Positions 11,992-24,400 of a stretch of DNA of 64,000 nt are shown here, one piece after another (positions within the stretch are counted from its first letter, which is position 1; each line of letters opens with the position of its first letter). Made by a program: the position numbers and the translations under genes. Where the stretch lies: NCBI GenBank assembly GCA_965285935.1, contig OZ260661.1, forward strand, positions 133,672,001-133,736,000, given 5' to 3'. The notes beneath the pieces were generated by a model, which was not told the origin of the DNA, did no database searches, and was given only the letters and a program-made list of their open reading frames with translations. Source of the stretch: Ophelia neglecta. Its lineage: Eukaryota.

Positions 11992-14900
11992 ATGGCGGAA
12001 GGTTCACATACATTTTATGTATTCATATTACTGTATTTGTCATGGAGTATATTTGTGCCAATATCAGGTAATATATCCTCCCAATTATGACATATTCATA
12101 CTTTGTCCGAGCTACCATTTTAACATGTAATATATATATATATTGGTTAAAAAGTTTACATTGTATATCAATTTAAATTGCAATATTGTAAGACTAGTGA
12201 ATGAAAATTATATCACAGGAGCAGTTTGTGATCCAGAATGGTATCCACACAATATGAATTGTTATTATAAGTCCATCAACTTTACATCATGGATGGAAGC
12301 AAACGATATATGCAACACAATGGACTCTCATCTTGTTTCTATAACAGACCCTGAAGAAAATCAATTCATCCGAGACACATTGTGAGTAGTAGTCCACATG
12401 GCATTTTTCTAGATATTACCTTCAATTTGAAAATATATTGCTTATCAGCTACCGATCATCAATATAATGTAAAAGTACGATACCATTGTTTGAATCAATG
12501 AGAGTGTCAAATTAGCTCGCATAATTAGATAACTGAGGCCGAGGAGGATTGCAGCTACAGTCTTGGAATTTCTTGTAAGGTATGAAAACATTTGTTTGAA
12601 TTGAATATTCTTTTTATCACCAAGTTGATGTCCCAAAATAATAAAATTATTTTTACAGTCAAATAAAAAATATAAAGTAGCATGTCGTAAGTAAACATAA
12701 ATGTAATATATGTCAATAAACAAAGTCATAAAAAACAGAAGCACATACGAGGAAAAATCTAGTGTTATTAAATTTAGTGATATATTGTTGATTAACAATT
12801 GTAAGTTTGTTAATATTTAAGGAACTGAGAACTTGTATGTATACACATCCGGTTTATAACTCCCCCTCACCCCCACTCCACTACTAGTAATAAACTCCCA
12901 AATATTGCAGAGAAAGTTTTGTGTTGGAAATTTTTTTTTAGGGGGGGGGGGGGTGTATATTTGCACAGTTATTGAGTGTCGTAAATGAGCAATATACCAA
13001 GTTATATAAGTAATACATACTGCCGAGCAAAGGTAGAGGGCAGTAATTCCCGTTGCCTCGCGATAGCAAACTTTGGAGGAAAACGTTGTCTCAGTGTGAA
13101 AACGCTGACCCGTTTAAAGAGCGTGCTCAAGCGCTATTTTAATTAACCCATGCCACGCAACGTACTTATATAATACCACATTTAAAATTACCAATGAATT
13201 AGTTCAGTTTGAATGTGACATTTTAATCGATGCTGCCCGTTGCATTGGCATCGGTTTAGATATTGCCATGCGCCATTGCACTTAACACCTGATACTGCCT
13301 CTTGCCTTTGTTCTTATCATATGATATTGCTTTTAGCCTTATTTTCTAATATATAATACTGCCTTTTGCCTTTGTACTAAACTTTCTATAACACACGGCA
13401 GTGTCATGTGTACTGAAACTAGGTTAAAAATAAAAATTTGATGTTTTTTTTACTTTTCAGATTATTGGAATCTGGTATAGAAAATTAAATATGTCAAGGC
13501 TGGATATGATTCAATTCACGAATAAGGGGCGGTTTTGCTGTAGCTCAGCGCTGTTTGCCACTGAATGACTGATTTGCCCTTTCTTGACCTGTCCTATATC
13601 TTACCATTTTTCACTTATGTCGTTCAATTGATTTAACGTGTATCGAGTGTGTCCAAACTCTATCCACCTGTCTGTAGTTTTTTGTTGAAAGCATTTATCG
13701 AATTTTATTAATACAGCATCGAGTGTGATATAGCGCAAGGGTGCCACGAACAAAATCATCAGTATTGGATCGGTCTGCAGAAAAATTCTGGTGGATCAGG
13801 AAATCTTACAACTAGGCGTAGCGATTGGAAATGGCAGGATGGTTCTCAATATGGATGGTGGAATTGGAAAACAAATGGAACAATGGCTGAGCAAGAGCCA
13901 AAAGGCCGCAGTGGAAAGGCGCGAATAACATACAATGGTTATTGGGCTGATGATGATAAACTTGATAACGGACGGATCAGGTTTATTTGTGAAATGCCAG
14001 GTACGTTTTAGAGTTCACATGAATGCATCGGTTTAAGTAGTCTCAGCCTGTCGGTCAACAAACAGCTTTTATTCTCTGTTCAATTACTCTTTTAACGGTT
14101 GCTCGATTCAATGTGTGTGATTATTTGTTTCTTTCTTTTCTACTGGAATTTACCCCCCCCCCCCTTATACCGCTTTCCTTCCGAACACTTGGAACCACTA
14201 GGAGGTTATCCTTGGCCCCTATTTTGTTCGTATAATCGCGTTCTGTTTCGAGAGATTACTTTATTGGTGACATAATACCACTCACATTATAATGGGTCAA
14301 TGCAAATATTGATGGGTTATTCGATATGACCTTTGATGAAAACAAATTAGTGCATGACATTGCACATCGTCACCTATACTCTCTCTATACCAAGATTCTG
14401 TGAAAAACGTATGCCTATCAGGTTTAGAAAAATACCCGTGTTATACAAGGGGACGCATAGCTACTCGAACCAGCCTTATCGCAATAAACAGATGGTGGTT
14501 TTAAGCTTTTATATCCCTGTTGACCCATTCAATCGGACAACATTTATTATTTCATTAAATGGATAACGCCATGAACTAATATATATTAATAACTACTCTT
14601 CAATGTTTGTTTAAGGTTTTAAATGAATGTACTCCTGTCTAATAGATCGACATTTTCCACCAGATAAGTCCACTGAAACGACCGCAAATACCCAGAGCAC
14701 AACCCTGGGTACACATGACATACCTGTGACTAACAGTGGTTTGGACGAAATAACTTATTCAGGGACAAACATGAAAGATGATGCAGGTTAAATGTCTTAC
14801 ATTCATTATCATTCCACTGCCATTTAATGTTATCCCCTGTTGCTTTATTTGAATTAAATAATACCAAAACTAATCACCGGCGACATGTTGTTCAAATGTA

Positions 14901-15776
14901 TACAAATGGCTCATCGTATGTTGTTAATTCAAATTGATAATAAACAGAAGCCAACTTTAGTCGAATAGCAGACGTCAATTGCTTAATTTGTATGTCGCCA
15001 CTTCAATTGCGTTCTAATTATGCTCAATCATTCTATTAAAAGTTTTTTATTACCGTATCTGAGAAAATTGTATAATAACCATATTTATTCCAGATAACAC
15101 ATTATACATTGGCGTCGCTGTTGGATTAGTCGTTATAGTCGCTGCACTATTAACAGTAGCAATTATGGTAGTAAGGAGAATGAGGTATATTCCTGTAGAG
15201 TTAATATAATGTGTAGCTACAATTACGTCAGAACAATTTCTTCAAGCAAAAACAAAATAATTTACTAGGGATAATGCCATTGTCATATTGGAGGAAAATT
15301 AACGGCTTCCTTTATTCTGGTTAATAGCTTTGCTTTTATACGTACATATTTTGGTAAATTTTGTATTGAAAGAAAATTGCTAAATATAGTGTTACTATTT
15401 TAGGAAAAGGACTGAAGGTCAGAAAGTCCACCTATACTATAATACAAGCGGGGGCATCATCGTTCAATCAAACCGTCAAGAACCAAATGACTTTAACTGT
15501 GAAAGCGTAGAGTCCAATTATCAAAATATCATGGACGTTTCCACGATAAAAGAACCCCAATCCACTACAGGCAATCACACATACGGTAATATGCCTACGT
15601 ATGATGAGGTTTGTATAAATAAGAGAGATCAGTTGCCAGAGGATAATCACTCGCTAGGCGATATGTGTGCCGTGCCCCACAAGCAGAAAAAAACTCGTTT
15701 TCCTGGGATAGAAGTGGCACGGCTGGATCAGGATGATGGAACGACAGTGATAGACAACAGTGTCTATGGGCGGTAG
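11992..15776 (+). CDS. CTLR2: type I transmembrane C-type lectin-like receptor (~375 aa, 6 exons)
   Basis: Exons 11992-12067, 12219-12381, 13717-14000 (not in ORF track; IECDIAQGC..YWIGL..WKWQDGS..EPKG..WAD..FICEMP), 14646 (or 14664)-14786 stalk, 15094-15184 TM (LYIGVAVGLVVIVAALLTVAIMVV), 15404-15776 tail. The first three exons have the same lengths (76/163/284 nt) as in CTLR1. Confidence 0.88.
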
Positions 15777-18249
15777 ACAACATATACAAAGCATAGAAGT
15801 ATAAATATATGCGTCCTAGAATTATTAATATTAGTATTTTAATGTGTGATTAGATATTTTCATCTGTTGTAATAAGCCTGATGGAGTTGAATTTTTTTTT
15901 AAACATCTCACCCCATAAAACAATATTATTTCAGTTTGCTTATAAGATTAGATGGCAAGTGGCTTTCATGTATTCTGTTGAGTTTCACATTCTTGCTGTT
16001 TTGGTTTTCATTAATTAACAACTGCCTGTATCCGACACGTTGTAAACATTTCGTAGCTGAAAAAATCGATATCTAGTACGAAAACAAATAAAATATTACA
16101 CCGTTGGATATGCATTTTAATCTTCGATACCATATCTGTTATTTGATGTTCTGTCTGAAATACCTTTACTGTGCACATTTTCAAAACACAACTGTACATA
16201 AAAGAGTTTTCTAGTATCTTTTCTTTGTTATCAATATGGGGACCAGATGCTATTGAAATTGAATGGTGTCATGTAATATTGTTTATGGAAACGACATATG
16301 CATATACTACTTGACAACCTCAGTATAAAGAGATTATCCCAATGGCCCACAGCTCAATTCGGATAGGGACCTGGTTTCAAAAAGGGAATAGAAGCTATTT
16401 TGTCTTATTTGGTTTTTTTTTCGTTTTCATTTCTTGATATTCGGAGTAAGACTTTTCGGCGAGTGGTGACTTAACATGCGAGTGGCCAGTTATAAAAGCG
16501 AGTTATGAAATATATGATCGGTGTTCTGAACGCAAGTTGAATTGACGATGATAGTTATCTTCAATTTACGAATAATATTTAGCATCATCGCTCTATAATT
16601 CACATGTTATTCATGACGTAATTACATGTTTCTCAAGAAGACCATGCCAAATGACTGGCATCACTTATACAGTAAGCATGTGGCCAACAACGTCAAAAAA
16701 AACTGATTGCATAATGAAGTTACAAAGTGCTTAGATTAGTTAGGTAAAACATTTAACACATTTAACTTATTAAGAATTAATAATAGTCATGGGCAGAGTT
16801 TTCCCGAAGACGGGCGGCGCAATTGAAATAAAAGTTATAGGATAAAAAGATGAAATATGTGCAAATATCTCTCTATTGTTAGTTTCTTGAAATTTGAAAT
16901 GCAATTAAACCTCGCCTAGACAATAATATATTATTGCCTCTAAACTCTCTTGCTGACTTGGCTCCTCTGCCTTGCCAGTATGGCTGCCAGTGATGAATGA
17001 CAGTGTTACATTTAGGGATCATCCCTTCCAAATATAGGTAAAACAGTGAGCGTTCAGGTAAGTTATACATAGTCGTTGACAATGCATTTCAAAAGGAAAT
17101 AAATAAGGTAATTCAGAGAATACCATAATGGTCTTCACATATCAGCGCTTAACTCAATTGCAGGTACAGTAAGTGTGTGTGTGTTATGGTGTGTGTGTGT
17201 GTGTGGGGGGGGGGGGTCCGGGAGGGGTACGGGTTCGGGAAAACAGGGATTGGGGCACGTGGTAACACAGGGGAGCATTGTGGGAGGGGCCCAACAGGCG
17301 AGTGGGGGGTGGTGTGATAGGCTAGGGGAAAAAACCAGAGGATATGACATGTTAGATTACTTAGGGGGAGCATGGAGGACAAGAGAAACGGGGGGGGGGG
17401 GGGGGTACTGGTGGGAAATTGGCTCCGAGATGTTAAAATCCACTGGCCACGGGCGGTGGAAGAGGAAGTGTCGTAGCAGTGCCAGTGATATCTATGGTAG
17501 GTTTTTCTATGTCCTTGGATTCTATGATTCTATTATATGTATTATGCCTTAAAGGTAGCCTTGGTAGGGTACAGATTCTCTGTCCCTGAATGGTAACCCT
17601 AATGTGTGCAAAAGCGTGGTTTTCATAGAGGCCGTTTTTGAGAAAGAAATACGATTAAATTGCTGATTGTGTATGAGGCTATGATGACTGCAGAGCAATG
17701 AATTTTCTATTTAAAAAAACAGTAAATTCTTGTATGTATGTTTGTGTCAGGAAGGCCATTCTTTCCCGTTTCTTTGTGTACTTTCACATTGACAACAATA
17801 ACAGGAATGCGGGGAGAGGTCAGGAGGGGGTAATCTGCATTAATGTTCATGTGATATTCTTTTGGAGATAAAGCTCTGTTGCTTGGCGAAAAGAATAGGC
17901 AGCCCTAACTTGCAATATTTGCATCAAACTTAAGATCAGTCTATTCAGCCACCCCCCCCCCCCCCCCCCGGAGTGAGAGGCACCTTTTTTTAATTAGCAC
18001 CTCGCTACTCGCCGAAAGGTCTCACTCCGAATTTGCAATCGATTTCTTTGTTAACCCATTGCACATAAGAAGAGGACTTGCAAAGAATTTCTCGAGGAAG
18101 AGCAATACCGGGGGTGGGGGGGGGGGTGGCATTGCGAACACCTGACTTAAAGCCAACCGATTAACCCCAGTGTAGACAGTGCGGCCATGCTGAGGGGAAT
18201 GACCCCATTCTTGCTATGCTCGGAGACCGGAATTTGGTGATGCCTTTTA

Positions 18250-20700
18250 GAATTTATGGTCGACACGGCGGCTCGGCAAATCCTCGATACGGTTGACACA
18301 TATATTGGAGATGGGAATATTGATGAGGCTATCGATGCCTTAAGCAAACTGCTTCAACGAGCTAGCCACAACATGATTTGTAAAGGTAATTGTCCAGCTT
18401 CACACCCTCTGAATGTAATAAGCCATCAATGTAACAAAATCTAAGGCTACAGTAAACAAATCTTTGAATACCTATAGAAAAACTAGGCTTGAAACCGACC
18501 TTGACTCATTTTTGTGTGGTAAAAGAGAGTTTAAAAAACTAAAGCTAATAGTAGGTTTTACCAGGAATAGAATTATAGTGAAGTCCGGGAGGCGGTAAGG
18601 TGTAATAACAGTCTTTGGAACTTTTTGGGCAATTTAAGTCTAAGAAGTATAGAAACGACATAGAAATAGAAGACTGGTGTACGTACTTCGACAAGTTGTT
18701 AAACATTGAGCACGATTTAAATAATGTAACCCAGGTGGAATTGTTTGATAGTCATGATACATTTTGTGCATCCTGTCTAGGAAATGAACCACTACAGTTA
18801 AATGTTGCAATTACGCAAGACGAGGCTTTAGATGTCATAGTTAATATGCCCAAAAATAAATCACCAGGAGTAGATGGCATACCATACGAAATGTATAAGA
18901 ATAGTTTTCCGGTGTTAGGTCCTACACTTACTTGTTTGTTCCACACAAGCATTGATACTGTCCAATATCCACAATCTTGGTCAGACGCAATAATAACACG
19001 GTGATGGGAACGATGTTAACAACTATCGGGGGATTTCTTTATTGTATTTGCTAAAAATATTTACTAAAATTCTAAATAACAGGCTATTCTCATGGCCAGA
19101 ATGTCACAAACTTCTCTTGATGAGGGACAGGCCGGATACAGGAAAAGTAGATCGACTGTAGATAATATGTTCACTTTATATGTCACAGCTCATAAATATA
19201 TTTCTTAGCGAGGGGGTCGTTTTTATTGCGCTTTTATAGATTTTTCTAAAGCGTTTGATTCAATTCCACATGTACAGTTATGGCTTAGGCTCATCAAGGA
19301 GGGCATACATGGTAAGATTTTTGTAGTACTGCGGTCCATGTTTTCTAAGTTGCGTTCATGTGTCAAAGCCAATGGACAGCTGTCATATTTCTTCACTTGT
19401 ATAACGGGAACCAGGCAGGGTTGTATGCTTAACCCGTTTCTTTTCATTTTGTACATAAATGAACTTGCTACTATGTGTAAAGAGAACTGCAATGGCATAT
19501 TCATCGATAATTACTTTCCATCTTTATGTTTGCTTATGAATGCCGCCGAACTGTCGCTCTTAAATGACACTGTTGGTCCCCTACAGAGAAAACTGGATAT
19601 CTCACAAAACAATATGGTTTGAAAGTAAATTGGTGTTTAGAAGAGGCTGACCTCTCCGTAAAAATGAAATATGGTTCTATGAAGGCAAACGCATTGAAAC
19701 TTGCACGTATTACAAGTACCTTGGTATACTTTATTCGTCTTCCTTGTCATGGACCCCATGTTAAAAACAACTTGCATCACAGGCTGACAAAGCATGTGGC
19801 GTCATCAAATTTATAAAAAAAAAACTAAATGTGGCAGTCTTACTTTTAGCGTGTATTTCCAATTATTTAATGCCTGGTCCTACCGATTCTTTTGTATGGC
19901 TCAGAAATTTGGGGATTCCAGTGCCAAGATTTTATTGAAAGGGTTCATTATAAACTTTGTAAATGTGTAATTGGTGTAGCCAGTCAGACCGCGAATATGG
20001 CAGCGATTGGGGAGTTCGGTCGAACCAGGTTGTATGTTCATTATATTTTGAGATGCATAAAGTTTTGGTTACAAATTGCTCAGTGTACAGAAGAAAGGTA
20101 TGTAAAATCGTGTTATTTTATATTATTTAAACTGGACCAGGCAGGACGCATTACTTGGGCGACAAAAATCCAACATGTATTGTGCAGCTTGGGGTATGGT
20201 CAAGTATGGTTTCATCAGAATGTTGGCAATGTCATTTATTCCTCTCAAAATTTAATCAACGGTAATGTGATGTGGAGCGACAAAACTGGAGCATGGAAAT
20301 TCATAACACGCAAAAACTTAGGTCCTACAAGGATTTTAAACATTTCCTGGAGCCTGAAATCTTTTTAACATGTATACAACTGCCAAATCATCTTCGGGCC
20401 ATGTCAAGGTTTAGATGTTCAAATCACTGTTTAGCTATCGAACGCTAGCGCGGTCTTCTGGAAACGGATATGAGATATTGTACATTTTTTCTTGATAGAG
20501 GCGACTATTACATTGAGGATGAGTACCATTTTCTGTTGATTTGTCTTACGTATCATTGCATACAAACTAGTTATCTACCTCCAAGGTATTGCGATTCGCC
20601 AACATACGTTTATAAGAAGTACCCAGTCAGAAGTGCTTAAAAGCACTGCTGCTTATATTATCATGCTTTTAAAGAATTGAGGTCGTGTATACAAATAAAA
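18250..20700 (+). mobile_element. Degenerate non-LTR retrotransposon (LINE) ORF2 relic
   Basis: Frameshifted pieces read KSPGVDGIPYEMYK, NYRGISLL, FIDFSKAFDSI, GTRQGCMLNPFLFILYINEL, LYGSEIWG, FRCSNHCLAIE and EDEYHFLLIC, i.e. an RT domain plus C-terminal Cys/His region with several stops. Boundaries approximate. Confidence 0.9.
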
Positions 20701-21459
20701 TTCATGAAAATGTTAAAATGTTTCGATATCTACTTTATGCAGTGGTAAAGATGCTCCTTTTCTTTTCTTCATGGCTACGGCCTTGTAGTAATATGAAAAT
20801 TACTAACTCTTTCTTTATATTACAATTATATTATCACTTAAAAAACCTGCGTATCTATTTATATTCACAATATATGCTTTAATCTAATAATCTGTGTACC
20901 CTGCTCGTTATTAACCGTTATAAAAATTCACATTAAACAACACATTACTGGTTGTCAGTGTATTCAATGCACAACAATGTTATATTTGCACACTGGGCAT
21001 TTACCTAGGTACCCCCCCCCCCCTCCCCATACACCAAACAGCAAACACCTCCCCCCCCCCCACACACACACACCAATACACCCACACACCCACAGACACC
21101 CATGAATATGTGGGGTTAGAAATCTTGCATTAATCAAATGTAATGTAGCTGCTGTAATAAATTGAGATTAATCTGAGGTGTTCACGTTTATTAGTTTACA
21201 CATAACTGCCTGCCTTAAACTACCTGCCCTAAACTTGCCTTTACATTAATAACGCGGAAGTCAGTCGACGGCAAAAAATTGACCATTCACCATTTGAAAG
21301 CCACCAACACACGATGTTTACCAGAGAATGAATATATAATGGCAATATCTATATACTTAGTGGTGCAAGTAGAGTGTTGATTGTTACCGGTAGACGCGAT
21401 TTGACAAGGCGGGTCTATTCCTTGTAGGTCCTGGGAATCTTATAATCGTATATTCGATC

Positions 21460-24400
21460 ATGGCGGAACGTTCACATACATTTTATGTATTCATATTACT
21501 GTATTTGTCATGGAGTATATTTGTGCCGATATCAGGTAATATATCCTCCCAATTATGATATATTAATACTTCGTCCGAGCTACAAATATTACATGTGATA
21601 TATATCTTTGTGAAAAAGTTTACATTGTATATCAATTTACATTGCAATATTGTACGTTTAGTGAATGAAAATTATATCACAGGAGCAGTTTGTGATCCAG
21701 AATGGTATCCACACAAAATGAATTGTTATCATAAGTCCAGCAACTTTACATCATGGTGGAAAGCCAACGATATATGTAACATAATGGACTCCCATCTTGT
21801 TTCTATAACAGACCCAGAAGAAAATCAATTCATCCGAGACACATTGTGAGTAGTAGTCCACATGGCATTTTTCTATGGAAATATATTGCTTATCAGGTAC
21901 CGATTTTCAATATCATGTAAAAATGCGATACCTTGTGTGAAATCAATGAGTGTCAAATTAGCTCGCATAATTAAATAACTGGGGTGGTAGGTGGATTGCA
22001 GTTACAGACTTGGAATTTCTTGAAATGTATGAAAACATTTGTTTGAATTGAATATTCTTTATTACCAAGTTGATGTCCAAAAATAAAAATAAAATTATTT
22101 TTACGGTCAAATAAGAAAGATAAAGTAACATGTCGTAAGTAAACATAAATGTGTTTAATACATGTCAATAAACAAAGTCATAAAGGACAGAAGCAAATAC
22201 GAGGAAAAATCTAGTATTATCAATTCTAGCGATATATTGTTAAATACCTATTGTAAGTTTGTTTATAATAAGGAACTGAGAACTTGTATGTATACACATG
22301 CGGTTTATGACTCCCCCTCACCCCCACTCCACTTCTAGTAATAAACTCCCAAGTATTGCAGAGAAAGTTTTGTGTTGGAAATTTTTGTTGGGGGGATGTA
22401 TATATGCACAGTTATCGTGTGTCGTAAATGAGCAATATACCAAATATTAAAACCCCTCCCCGCCCCCTAAAAGTTCCTTATTTTAATGGGCCGGATTGCA
22501 TTACACTACAGTGTTTGAACCTACGCATTTGCACTTTGCGATTATGCTTTGATTCTGAATTAAAGACATCCTGGGAAAAGGGGGCGAATATATTGGCCTA
22601 CGGTCTGAACGGTCGGTTTTTCAGAGGCGGAATTAACATTCAGGGAGTCCATTTTAGTATCACACAAGAAATAAAAGAAGGTTCAACAGAAAGACTTCAG
22701 ATGGGCCCTTGTAAGAATGGCCCCACGAGAGGGAAGTCAAACAGTTCCAGTCTGGAGAGGTTTAAAACAAAGCTTCGGGAATGCACTGATCCAACCAAGA
22801 GTGTCATTGGATACTGCCCAGTTATTAATGCCTCACCTACAGATTTGTCCACAGTTTACACCTTGCTGAAACCGTCGGTGGAAATGGCACAAAAAGCTTG
22901 GTCAAACAAAAACCATTATAGTTTTTGACCAGGCAATCTATGCATAGGAATTAGTTATTTTGAGAAATCCTCAACAATTTTGTTCAGTCGTTTTGAGGGT
23001 TGCGGTTTCCATATAGGTCTCACGTTCCTGGCAGTTATTAGCAAACGGTTTGGCACTGCAGGATTATCAGACCTTAGGAGACAATCAGAACTTGGAAGTT
23101 TGGGATCAACCAATGGTGTTATAGTTTTTTTTATTGACCTCCGCTTTCCGGAGAGCTTAAGGTGGTACATATAACATAACGTGTTTAACATTATTAGGCA
23201 ATGAACAATATGGTAGGTGTGAGGTTACATATTCAAACGTACAGGAATATAAAATAGGATATTAATTTAGTACAACCTCGAATCAAGGAGCTGTCACATG
23301 AGTATAGTGGTCTCTTTAACCCTGCTAGTAGGCCTAGGCCTATACATTATATTTTTATAGACGAGCCATACCACCTACGGGAATACATAGAGAAGAGGGT
23401 ACCGAGAATTAGCTCTGTCCCCTTAGAACCAGAAATGACCATGGCAAGGAAAGCTAGAGTCAACATGTCGTAAGGTGCGCAGGGATCTATCGCATGGTCT
23501 CTTAGGTACTGTATGAGCGTGTCTCTGCTAGATCCTGTCTCCTGGCACACCCACAAGAGATGGGAGAGAGTGTCACCAGCTTCACCACATGTCGGACAGA
23601 CATCCCCAGTATTTGTCTGCACATGTCTCACTGTATGCTCGTAGAGGCCTGACGTCTTAGTGGTAAGGGCCATCACTATTTGTGCTCCTTTTATCTGCCT
23701 CATTGTTTTGGCGATTTTCCACATGCCTATTAGTTCATAGTCCGGACAGGAGTCTCTGAAAATATCCAGATTTTGATATGACAGGCATTCCAGTTTCCAA
23801 AGCATAGTCTGACATGTGCGAACGGTATTGCGGGTATGATTCTTCCACATCCCCTTGGACGGTGTTGTTCTTGTGTGCAGCCATGATCTAAGAGTGTCCT
23901 CCAAGCCGTACTTCACATAGGTATCTACCATGACACCTGATGTGCTCTCAATTGCTTCAATGCCGACAATGTCCCACTCGGTTAGTGCGCGAATGACCAA
24001 TGACCGGTAGATTGAGCTAGCAGGGAGAGCCAGCAGATCTCTCATTAATCTCAAGCGTCTGAGGTCAATGTAGTTTTCCACCGACCACCATCCCAGGGGA
24101 GCCAGGGCAGCAGGGTTCGCTGTGTGTCTCGGAAGACCTTGTATGCGTTTAGCTAATTGTCTGTGTTCAGTTTCAAGGCACATGATATGTTTTCTAGAGA
24201 GATGAATCACCTCTAGGCCGTACAGCATTCCAGGGACAACAATAGCCCAGTAAAGTCTGGAGAGAAGGGGTGTATTGTACCGACTCACTGCCTTGCCAAC
24301 GCCTAGCAGAGAATTCATTGATTTCTTTCCTCTATCTACGCGCTCTCTGAGGGCTGCTTGTTTCAGGCTTCCTGGTGGGCATAGAGGTACGCCGAGGTGT

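Noticed and set aside
17135-17552. Gly/Pro-rich ORFs over a G-rich, (GT)n stretch
   Set aside because: Low-complexity sequence with no splice or domain support; poly-G/C runs are frequent throughout the window.
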